Source of the DNA: Catajapyx aquilonaris
Lineage: Eukaryota
Direction of reading: 5' to 3'
NCBI GenBank assembly: GCA_000934665.2
Contig: KZ539078.1
Location: forward strand, 1-34,085
DNA length: 34,085 nucleotides
The notes beneath the pieces are model-generated. The model saw nothing but the letters and a program-made list of their open reading frames with translations, was not told the DNA's origin and made no database searches. Below, piece by piece: positions 23,243 to 34,085 of the stretch; position 1 is the stretch's first letter; each line of letters begins with the position of its first letter. The position numbers and the translations under genes are program-made.

Positions 23243-23500
23243 AAGTAAGCGCTTTTATACCAATTAAAATGATGAAATGTTCAAATGTACAAGTGCAAAT
23301 ATGAGCTGATGGCAGCATGACCAATATTCAATGACTATGTCATCTGGGGCATAATCAAGAAAGAATGAATAGCATGTATAGACAGTAATGTTATCATAAA
23401 AACACAAGTAATAATAATTATCATGATAGTGCACGTTCTTCAGATATTTATTTTGGCATTAGTGCCGAGGGAAGTCTCAGGTTAAAATTTCCAACAAGCT

Positions 23501-26500
23501 CTACATTAACAACAGTGCGCTCATCAGCAAATGCATTATCACTGGGAATAACAATGGTACCATCTGCTTGTTCTGTCCGAGAGCAATTGCAGAATCTGTA
23601 ACAGTGTAGAGAAGTACAAAAATTAGTGATCCAGTTGTTCAATCGTTATTGGTAGTCCATATGTATAGGAACTCACTAGTTTTGTGCGTATGAAAACCCC
23701 AGCTGGTTGATGACGAATTCCCACCGTTGCTGCTGGCAAGTGAATGACACGAGTACTGCGTGTCAGGGTGAAGTGAACCCATCTTGCAAATCGACGGAAG
23801 TCCGGGAGGCTTGTCAGCTTTGCAGGTTAGACAAATTTTATTTCCGTTTCCGGCAGTGCAAGTCACCAGAAGCCTTGCTTTTCCGCACAAGCTGTTCTTC
23901 GGAACAACTGGTTGGGTCCACTTAATGTCCACGCCAGTCGCAGAGACTCTCGACGCTTCAACGTCCGTTACATCACTTGGAGCTAAGGAACAGGATGAAT
24001 TACAACATGATTCAAACCATTATTAAAGTGTCATATTATAATGTTTACTCACGGAGTAAGTTAGTATCAAATATCACAGATGATGTGTTAGAAGCCTTCC
24101 CACTGCCCTTCTGGATGGCAGCAACTGTCACGTTGTAATCCCCACAAGCTTTGAGGTCTGTGAGATCTATTTCATGCGACGTTGCCGTTAAAGTGGCAGT
24201 TACCAAATTACTTTCTTTCACCTGGATTTGGTAATAATTGATGCAAAGAGGAGCGACCTCTGGAGTACTCCAGACCAAATAAGCTGAATAGCGAGTGATG
24301 ATGCTAGCAACTTGTGGTCGTATCGGGGCACTAGGAACTGTATTGAAAATATAATATTGCATTACATCTCATATGCACTTTAACCTTTGTAAGGATTGTT
24401 ACGTCTGAATATGCTCGGGTACTTACGAAGAAAGGCAGCTGTGAATTCATATTGTACTGCAGGAGAAACTATTCCTGTCTTCGATATGGCAGCAATCCTC
24501 ACCCTGTAGTCTACACATGGGCCAAGACCACTCAGGGTTGCTTCAGTTGCTGGGACGTTCTGAGTGGAAATTACCTGATCATCTTGTAGCACCTCTACTT
24601 GATACTGAGCCACACAATTGGGAGCGACCTTTGGATGGTTCCAGGTCAGGTCAGCTGATCCACTTGTGATATTTGTCGCATTTGGTTCTTGCGGAGCACT
24701 GGGCGCTGTTGGACAGACGAGGATTGCATTACACTTCATCAGGCAAAATAAAATGCCCACGATAAGATGTATTTGTCAGCGGGAATGTCAAAGTATGAAA
24801 GAGCTCGTGTTGCTTACAAGCAGCGGTGAATTCATATTGTACTGTAGGAGAAGCCACTCCGTTCTTCGATATGGCAGCAATCCTCGCCCTGTAGTCTACG
24901 CATGCGTCAAGACCACTCAGGATTGCTTCAGCTGACGTCCTGTTTTTAGTGGAAATTACCGTATCGCCCTGCAACACCACTACTTGATAATGGGCCAGGC
25001 AATTTGGAGCGATCTTTGGAGGGTTCCAGGTCAGGACAGCTGATCCGCTTGTAATATTTGTCGCATTTGGTTCTTGAGGAGCACTGGGAACTGTTTGAAG
25101 GCAAGGCTTGCATTACATTCCAGACCAAATGCTTTGAATATTTTGTTTTTCAAGGCCTGCAAAGTCTGAAAATGCTCGTGTTACTTACGAAGAAAGGCAG
25201 CAGTGAATTCATATTGTACTGTAGGAGAAGCCACTCCGTTCTTCGACATGGCATCAATCCTCACCCTGTAGTCTACACAAGCGTCAAGACCACTCAGGGT
25301 TGCTTCAGTTTCTGGGACGTTCTGAGTGGAAATTACCTTATCACCCTGTAGCGCCTCTACTTGATAATGAGCCACACAATTAGGGGCGATCTTTGGAGTA
25401 CTCCATCTCAGAATAGCCGATTCGTATGTGACGTTGCTTGCACTTGGCTCAAGCGGAGCGCTAATATCTGTTTGGAAAGTAGCATTATTTTCATTACTCT
25501 CTAACTACCCGGATCTAATCATAGAATTTCAATATTATACTGACAGTGAAGGTTTGCAACATCCGGAGCTGAATTAAGTGAAAGAAAAATGCATGTTTTC
25601 ACACGCATTTTGCCTTGAACTTTTGATAATAGTCTATAGTTACTCACCGAGAAAGCCAGAAGTAAATTTGAATGGTGCACTTGGCGGAGAAGTTTCATTC
25701 GAAATGGAAGTAATAGTCACGTTGTAATCCGTGCAAGGTTCAAGTCTATTGACAGTTGTTGTGGTCGATTTTGAAGTACTAGTGGAAAGAACAGTGCCAT
25801 TCTGTTGTATCACCTGGACTTTGTAATGATCCACGCAATGTGTGCCTTTCTCTGGAGGTTTCCAGACCACATCAGCTGAGCTGTGCGTGATGTTAGTTGT
25901 ATTTGTTTGTAGCGGAGCGCTAGGAGCTGCATGAAAATTAGTCTTACGACACCAAATCTGAGCACAGTGTATTTATAGTCATTCATGAAGGTTGTTACTT
26001 ACGATAATAGGTAGTAGTTAATTTAATAGGTGTGCATGGAAGTGATAGATCTCCTGTGTGCCACATGGCAACGACCATCACCTCGTAACGTCGACAGGCC
26101 TCAAGTGTGACATTACACTCAGTTGATTCTGCATCTTGAGTCGAAATTTTCGAGTCGTTCAATGCCCTCACCTGGACTTCATAGTAATCTACGCAACTGG
26201 CTGGGGCTTTCGGAGCAGTCCAGGTCAGATGCGCCGAGTGGCTAGAGATGTCAGTTGCCATCAGTGTTGAAGGAGGGCTGGGAACTGCAAGCATAGTTAG
26301 CATTACATCCTGAAAATATGGTCTGACGAAATATACGTATGTGAATTCAATAGGAATTATTAGTGATGCGTTTTCTTATTATGCAATGAAACCCACCCAT
26401 AATGGATGTAGATGTGGTGTCATAATGTATCAGGTAATGTCTCATCGGGTTTAGTGCTTAACATAGGTGTAGTTGCCATCTTTGAATTCCGGCGTGTAAA

Positions 26501-29392
26501 AGCCCCGACAAGAGCATGGTAAGTGGTGCAAAGTGACACATCAAGAGCTATTTCAGTAGTGCTTGAGTTGAATTTAGACCATTCCGAACTGTTACGAGGC
26601 TTCAGATGAATGTAGTATCCACGAATGCACGTAGGGTTCTCCACAGGTATACTATCGGGTTCAAAAACTTTCGGCCACTTTATCCTGGGCTTGAAGGAAC
26701 CCTTAACACAAAGACACCTCCTTAACTTGGGGTCTGTGCGAAGGGTTGCTTCAAGACCAGGATAAAGTGGCCAAATGTATTTGAACCCGATAGTACATAC
26801 CAATTCATATACAGTCTGCCTCTGGTTCCTTCCAGGACGAAAGCCTCACTAAAGAATCAGTGACACTTGTCTTCTGGTTGACCTGCTGCTAAGCAATTCA
26901 ACATGTTTTTTTTAGAAACATTAAAAATAACCGTCACGTATATTGCGGACGCAGATCAGCAAATATTGCTCAAAGTCCACTCTATCGGAGGTGGGACGAG
27001 GAAGGAGTTATGAAGTCAGGTCTTAATCCCAAAAATCAGTTTAAAGAGTCGGAGGCGTCTTGCAGAAGCAGCAATGTAATTATTGTCATATCTTTGCCTC
27101 TCTGAAAACTGGTTTCTGGAGTGAACCAGCCATATTAGCATCTTCACACACCCTCCCCTTGAACTAGGATTTGGGCAGCGCATGACCTGACAGGCTTGCA
27201 CGAAAACATTATACTAGACCACTTTAATAAAAACAGGATAAAACTATCATATCAGAAATGTACTATGCATGCAAATTACTTCGCAGATTAGGATAAGTCT
27301 ACTCTTTCTCACATAATTCTAGTGTTAGCAGAAGTGTAGGATGGCGGCTACTTACGATCAGGAAGAGTGGTGATGTCTTCAATGAATAAGGTTTCATTTT
27401 GGTATGTGTCACTTGTAATGAGTTTGAGCTGTGCACTAAAGTTGTAATTAGTGCAAGGTTCAAAAGTATTGTCACAAAAGAGGGCGGTGCAACTTGATGT
27501 AAAATATGGGGTGAATTTACATATGTCGCTAAAGTTGGTGATTGTGCATGATGTTCCATCACTCGAGTTCAATCTAACGGAATCTATGAAATCGGTGCAC
27601 TGGTAAAAGCTCCAGTCCAGGGAGATGCTGTGAGGGTCGACAGCTTCTCCTTTGAAGTCACCAATTATCGCAGCAGATGCTGTATGGATAGGAATGTGTC
27701 ATAAGGTGGGAAAATGCACAGTGCTAAGAGTATTTTTAGGTGCTTACCGACACTGGTGGTGTAATTGGCGTATGTGTAGGGTCCATAATTTCCCCCTAAT
27801 TTGAAAGCTCTAACTCGAATATTGTAAGCAGCACATGGGTACACATTTACCGCGAATTCAGTGTCGCTTGAATAGGTCCATAATTTCGGCCAATCCGGGC
27901 TACTCCTTGGCTTTGTTTGAACTTGATAGCCATGAATGCAAGTGGTGTTTTCAGTTGGTGCAGACCACTTCAGAAGCAATCTGTCTCCTTGCTGCTCTTC
28001 GAATTCAATTGTTCCTGGTGGGCCAGGAGCTGTAGAAAAAAACCAACATTAATGCACTGCATTATTCCCTCATTATTATCGTCGGAGCTCAACATTTTAA
28101 AGTCACTGAAGTCATTAGTTGACATTACAACAAGACTAAAAACAGGTCTTACGTCCTCTGGGCATAAGAGATTCTCCTATGCTCATGGCACCCAACCGAC
28201 CATCGGAAGTCACTGTCCAAACTTTGACCTCGATCTTGCTGCATATTTCCTCGAAGCTGCTCCGAGTGATAATAATAGTGTTTGTAGTTTTTATCGTTGT
28301 TCGATTACTCTCATATATTGATCCATAGGAAATCTGGTATTGTTCAACGCAGGATGAGTAGTTGGCTGGTTTCTTCCAAGATACGATCAGGGTGTAATCT
28401 TTCATAGGTGTCATTTGCAAGTCTTCAGGTTCGCTGGATGCTAAATTGGAAAAGAAAATATTGATTACATTATCACGTTGCCTTTAAATGCTGGTTACAA
28501 ATTAGTGTTCGAATCCTCACTCGTAGATGCGTTCGCCACTTCAAAGTCAGGTTGGAATGCCTCATGACCTTGAAGTTGGACTTCTGCTGTGAAATGAACA
28601 CTTTCGCAGGGATGAAATTCATGGCAATAGACCATTTGGCAGTAGGTCGTCGAGTTATGATTTTCGCAAACTTCGTTTACATTGTGAACTGTGCAATTGT
28701 TTCCATCGCTTGAATTGAATCGAAGAACCGCAATGTTTTTCTGGCACTGTGTGAGTGTCCAGGATAGAGAGATGTGGTAGGGACCAATCGCCTCAGCTGT
28801 GAAGTTCACAATAATAACGCCACTTTCTGTTGAAAAAAAAGAGTACGAAACACTGTAGCAACTGCAGGATTAATGCCCGATTGCACCAACGAAATTACCG
28901 ATTCGATACCTCCTAACAGATCGTTAGCACACGTTAAAAGGGCTCCTAACTATCCATTAGGAGCTATCGGATAGGTAATTTCGGTTGGTGCAATCTGGCG
29001 TACAAAATGAGGCTACGTTATTCTGCAGCTGTAAAACATTTCCGAGGATCTACCTTGACTGATGATAGGAGTCAGGTTCACATCTGCGTCGTCCCCATCT
29101 TCGCACGCACTTCTCGATGCCTTCTGAATAAAACGAACAATTGCGTAAGTGTGTATCTCCAAATACATTAAAGATTAAATTTAAAAATTAACAGACTGCC
29201 ATTTAAATATTTCTTAAAAATGTATGTTAGAGAAAGCTGTATTTTCTTGATGACGAACTATTCGGATCCAGAATTTAGTCTGAAATCAACAAAGTTAATT
29301 TATCAGTAGCACAACCTTACCTCAGCAGCATGTCCACTTGAATTGAACGACAAGAGAAGGAAGAGCAGAACAGCTCTCGATCCACCTTCCAT
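23501..29392 (-). CDS. FN3-repeat cell-surface protein B (signal peptide, 11 FN3, GPI-like tail; ~1139 aa)
   Basis: Exons: 29392-29321 (gccATGg; MEGGSRAVLLFLLLSFNSSGHAAE), 29123-29054, 28826-28521, 28440-28153, 28029-27748, 27679-27356, 26284-26003, 25926-25648, 25467-25189, 25090-24818, 24705-24427, 24337-24053, 23982-23677, 23595-23501 (SAIALGQNKQMVPLLFPVIMHLLMSALLLM*). Phases are consistent. Confidence 0.85.
26430..26890 (-). pseudogene. Decayed FN3 pseudo-exon(s) within gene B, split by a MITE
   Basis: PVENPTCIRGYYIHLKPR...CTTYHALVGAF resembles exon 28029-27748 but frameshifts and stops (GNYTYVKH*). The 5' piece AGQPEDKCH*...SWKEPEADCI* is also broken. Confidence 0.7.
26652..26793. mobile_element. 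142-bp MITE, TA target-site duplication
   Basis: CTATCGGGTTCAAA...TTTGAACCCGATAG, inner arms ggccactttatcctgg / ccaggataaagtggcc; TA at 26650-26651 and 26794-26795. Confidence 0.85.
28874..29000. mobile_element. PIF/Harbinger-like MITE in an intron of gene B
   Basis: GCCCGATTGCACCAACGAAATTACC...GGTAATTTCGGTTGGTGCAATCTGGC; flanks TAA/TAC (an imperfect TWA duplication). Confidence 0.6.
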
Positions 29393-31154
29393 GGCAACTC
29401 CTTATTGGTACTGCAGAGTGGTATAGGTTTACATCATAATCATAGTTTCCACGGTAGAGCCATATGCCGTATCTCCACCACTCCAATACCTGCACGGCTG
29501 CACTTGTCAAGATACTGCAAATACATTGACGCAGGTCAGTCAAGTATACATGTTTGGACCCCTACTGTTTGCGTGCGATAAGAATTTCCTAATGAACTCA
29601 TAATCCAGATAATGTAGCTCACTAAGCTTACGACATGTGAAGGTTAATATAATGATAGGATTTTCTTTATATTCTGTAATTTTGTAATTATAATTAGTAT
29701 TGGTACATCGAGCTCTTCTGTGTACACATAAGCCTTATTGTTATGCGCATCTCATGTCCGAGGTCAAATTATTACCCAAGGTATTATGCCTGCACAGGAG
29801 ATGTGAGTTTCTTAATCTAAGGTGGTAGTGGGCGGACATATCAGACTCTTGGGACATTCCCAAATGATAAAATGAAGGTCAAAATGCTCTCTCATTGTCT
29901 GTTTTGCTATGTGTGGGTGTGTTTTAATGTGGGTTCATAACGATTCCTACCTTGATATTGACATACTCCTATGCCCATTCTTTACGGAGGATTGTGGAAA
30001 TCTGCTTTACTGTACACGATGTAGGCATAAACTCTAGTATATAAAGTTCTTCCCCTCCAAACGGCATGTGCTTTGCCGATGTCATCGCCTGATGCAACAA
30101 AGGCACTAAGCCTATAAGATCCGTTACAATCGGAAGCAACGTCAGCAACACATTATCGCAATCCGATTAAAAGATACGATTCACCATATTGCAGATTGGA
30201 AATTCGCTGGAATGGCGGGGATCAGAGAGGTCGTCAAACTGTACCTCCGGCAAGGTTAATATTCCGCGATATTTATCGACACGTCCTTTCCTTATTGTAG
30301 CAGCTCATACTTGAGAGGGATTAAATGTCAAATTCAGATAATACCTAACGCCCATGTTTTGTCGGCCCCTTAGAGCTACAGCAAGGGCCAAAGTCTATTC
30401 CAATGTCTATAGCAAAATGTACTGCGATAGTATAAATTCTAGTTACATCAACTCCAGTTAAGTACCACAATATGATTACGTATTGTGAATACCTGCGTAT
30501 AATCGGAGATTTTTTATAGTGTGCTCTTTAGATAAGCCTATCTGGGATTGACATAAAATTTACAGACTGTTTCAGGCCTTTCAGCAACTTACCGGACCAT
30601 CCTCATGCTTAGTCAGCCAGCTTGTAATCAACCTCTTGTTACTGTTGTTGTCTCTTGAACCTGCCAGTTAAACATATTCGTGGAATATCAGGCAGCTTTT
30701 TTCCCCATTTAATTTACTCATCCTGCTACAGTATGTACCCCCGCGAGCATAAAGATGGGTACGGCAGGCCCCTTTTTGACCTTTCTTTATCCGACTCAAA
30801 TTAATGAACTCTTTTTGGACCGAGTTAGCTTCATCAGGCGTGTGTTCGTGTATTTATGACAGTATATATTTGATACTGTAATTGCTGAGATTGGCAGAGC
30901 AGCCTGCCGAAGGTGAGGGCCTGGCGTCTCCATGTTTATGATCGCGTGTGTATGATACAATGAATATCTTCAAGTGTGTGTCTCCGATGTATAGTAGTTA
31001 TTTTCGTACTTTGACAGGGTTTGAAAGATTCTATCACTTCACTGATACAATCACTTCTTTAATAATGAAAAAAATATCATCAAAGTGTCCTCCTGTAAAA
31101 TAATGACGGCTGGCACGAATACACACGGGCAGCACAGGCGGTTTGAAACCAGAC

Positions 31155-31677
31155 TCAGCAGAGCCACCTATTTTGCAATCTGCTGCACAACCTGATCTGG
31201 AAGCTGACGACCATCAAAGAATTGGTCGCGTTTGCTGCAGACATGTTCGTCATTGCAGCTGAAATTGAACGCAAATTTTTTAAAACTCTGATTGTCGCAA
31301 GTAATAATGCAATATTACTTACTCCAAGGAGAGGTGCAATAATTTGCGAATTTGCACGGTCCCTTTTCACCTCGAAGTGTTTCGGGACATATTCGCACGT
31401 TGTAATCCACGTCAGGTTGCACTTCTGTGATGTCAAAGGTGTCGTTTGTTTCGTGATTTGCATCGGTCCAGTTCTGATCTGCTTGCTTAATCTGCACTTT
31501 GTACTGCTGAACACAAGCAGGGTTCACTTCCGGGGAGGCCATCCACAGGAGGTTTCCGGGCATATTCCTCAAACCCGACGGACCCTCGTTCGCCAGAAAC
31601 TGTCCATAAAATAAGTGTGTTAATGACATATAAAATGTGTATACATGTTGAGGGAATTATTACCTTCTTCATCCATG
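31155..31677 (-). pseudogene. Relic FN3 gene fragment
   Basis: Exon 31599-31323 has intact splice sites but a frameshift (VSGERGSVGFEEY then ...PEVNPACVQQYKVQIK...VQPDVDYNVRI). The next exon from 31258 hits a stop at 31155. Confidence 0.65.
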
Positions 31678-32321
31678 GTTACCGTGTTTGTTCTCTCTCA
31701 TCCTTTGGCGCTATCGAATGATACATATTTTGTGTCGGATTGTGAAAGAGTTTCCAGGAGTGAAGAAACGGTAGTTTATTGGTATCGCTAAACATATTTA
31801 ACATTTAAATGGTCTTTATTAACTCAACTTTATTAATCATCAATGAGACAAGCATTTCATAATTTATATTCCAAGTGAATTGTCCTTTTCAATTTGCAAT
31901 TTTAAAACTAGAATTGCTTTATTTTTCAATAAGTAGCCACTTTAGCTACATTGAAAAGCATTGGCATTTAATATTATGTTGAGTAGAACATTAATAAGTC
32001 CCTGGAGATGTAGTTAATGTCAGGAATTAAGACATTGTGAGTATAATAATTATATATAATTTTTACCCACTGCATTGGCACATGAGGATTGGTCAAATCA
32101 TGTACGTTTTTAGGGTAGATTCTCTCGAAGTTATTTAAAAATTTGTCTGTTCCACCTAATAATAACATAATATTTTTAGCAATAGTTTTGACAAACGAAC
32201 CGTTTAATATAATAAGCATTTGGTGCCAAAAATTTCCAACCGATATACGGACACTCCTTTGAGATATGCAGTAGATATCCTGCCAACAATACTAAGGACT
32301 GCATTGTAGAGCAGCAAAAAA

Positions 32322-34085
32322 TTATAACAACAATGTGCCCAACAAAGAAGTGAACACCGGTAGCAACAATGCCAAGGTCGGTACTTGCTGCTGGAGGGCT
32401 ACTGCTGAATCTGTAAAAAAAACAGAGACTTTGAAATATTAGACAGATATGAACTTTTGCATGTCTTTTTTCAGTTTGCGCATGGTTATGATATGTCTAA
32501 TAATGATTTTAACCAATAACGAGGGACATTGCAGTAAGTTACTCTGGTACAAGTCAAAACTTTCTTTGCAATCTTAGCTGAGAAACAGGGCAGAACATGA
32601 CTGCATTATTCAGCTTAGGAAACCATTGTTGTGACGTCAGTACTGTTCTATGGCTATTTCACTTGCACTCACTTTTTTTGGCAGTGTGAAATTTGTAGCT
32701 TGTTTGTCCCGAGCTTCCTCCGTTGCTTTTGGCGAATGCAACGCATGAATACTGCGAGTCAGGTTGGAGGGAACTAATCCTGCAGCTGGATGGACTTCTC
32801 TTATCTGCTTCACACGTCTTGGAAGATGTCTTTCCATTTCCAGTTGTGCAAGTCACCTCCAGTCGTGCGTCTCCACATGAGCTGTAACTAGGAGTGACTG
32901 GCTCCGTCCACTTAATGTCCACTTCTGTTGCCGTCACCTTGTCCGCCTCGATTGGTATCTCAGGAGGAGCTGCATAGAACAGAAAGGACTGGAACTCTTG
33001 ACAGCAGCGTATGAAGTATCTCATAATATTACTGGTATTGTTACTCACGAAGCAAGGGGGTAGAAAAGTTATAGGTAGCACTTGATGGAGAAACGGTTTC
33101 TGTCTTCGATGCAATGGAAGAAATTGTCACACTGTATTCTCCACATGCTTTGAGAATGTTGACTGCTTTTTCAGTTGATGATGTGTTTAGAGTGGAAAGC
33201 ACACTGCGTTTCTGTACCAACTGGACTTGATAATGATCCACGCAGTTGGGAGCAACCTTTGGAGGACTCCACGTCACTTCAGCTGATGTGTAATTAATTT
33301 TAGTGGCATTTGGTTCTTGCGGAGCACTGGGAACTGTTTGAAGGCAAGGCATGCATTACATTCCAGACCAAATGCTCTAAATATTGTATTTTGCAAGGAT
33401 TTCAAAGTCTAAAAATGATCTTGTTACTTACGAAGAAAGGCAGCAGTGAATTGGTATGGTACTCCTATAGAAGCCATTCCAGTCTTCGATATAGCAGAAA
33501 TCCGCACACCGTAGTCTACACATGCGTCAAGCCCACTGATGGGTGCGTCAGTTGCTGTGAAGTTCTGAGTGGAAATTACGGAATCACCATGCTTCACTTC
33601 TACTTGATAGTAAGCCACACAATTTGGAGCGACCTTTGGAAGGTTCCAGGTAAGGTCAGCTGATCCGCTTGTGATATTTGTCGCACTTGGTTCTTGAGGA
33701 GCACTGGGCACTGTTGGAAAGAAGAGGCTTGCATTACACTTCAGACAAAATAAAATACCCACGATAAGATGTTGCATTTTTCAGGAATGTCAAAGTCTGA
33801 AAGAACTAGTGTTGCTTACAAGCAGCGGTAATTTCACATGATGCTCTAGGAGAAGCCATTCCATTCTTCGATATGGCAGCAATCCTCACAGTGTAGTCTA
33901 CACATGCGTCAAGCCCACTGATGGATGTCTCAGTTGCTGTGACGTTTTTTGTGGAAATTACCTGTTCATCTTGTAGCACCTCTACTAAATACTGAGCCAC
34001 ACAATTTGGAGCGACCTTTGGAAGATTCCAGGTCAGGTCAGCTGATCCGCTTGAGATATTTGTCGCACTTGGTTCTTGAGGAGCA
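32322..34085 (-). CDS. FN3-repeat cell-surface protein C, 3' portion (gene continues beyond the window)
   Basis: Exons: >34085-33820, 33710-33432, 33333-33049, 32969-32673, 32410-32322 (SAVALQQQVPTLALLLPVFTSLLGTLLL*). Phase-1 junctions; paralogous to the 3' exons of gene B. Confidence 0.85.

Noticed and set aside
26420..26803. 127-aa ORF as a functional exon
   Set aside because: Its first part is translated MITE sequence and its end is frameshifted relative to paralogous exons.
16608..34085. Single giant receptor phosphatase, Dscam or titin-like gene
   Set aside because: There are separate signal-peptide exons and three terminal exons with stops, and no Ig, PTP or cytoplasmic exons are seen.

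Overview
Eukaryotic, intron-rich DNA, probably from an arthropod (inferred from the repeat and gene types). Left half: a 3-exon C2H2 zinc-finger gene on + (374-688, 11024-11146, 12099-13604; about 647 aa, 19 fingers, 17 of them in a homogenised 84-bp array). Its first intron holds an 8.9-kb element (1780-10696) with ~275-bp terminal inverted repeats and TA flanks. The element encodes an apparently intact 6-exon Mutator/MULE DDE+SWIM transposase and carries several nested MITEs. Right half: a head-to-tail cluster on - of cell-surface genes built as signal peptide + Cys-containing fibronectin type III (FN3) repeats + hydrophobic GPI-like tail, with one FN3 domain per symmetric phase-1 exon. The cluster comprises gene A (12 FN3), gene B (11 FN3 plus a dead exon), a relic, and the 3' end of gene C. 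It shows exon-level birth, death and shuffling, and gene A has a duplicated 5' end whose two copies decayed in complementary ways. Several MITEs and a tRNA-derived SINE are also present. Exon boundaries were read by eye from GT/AG sites and phase arithmetic; no database searches were run.
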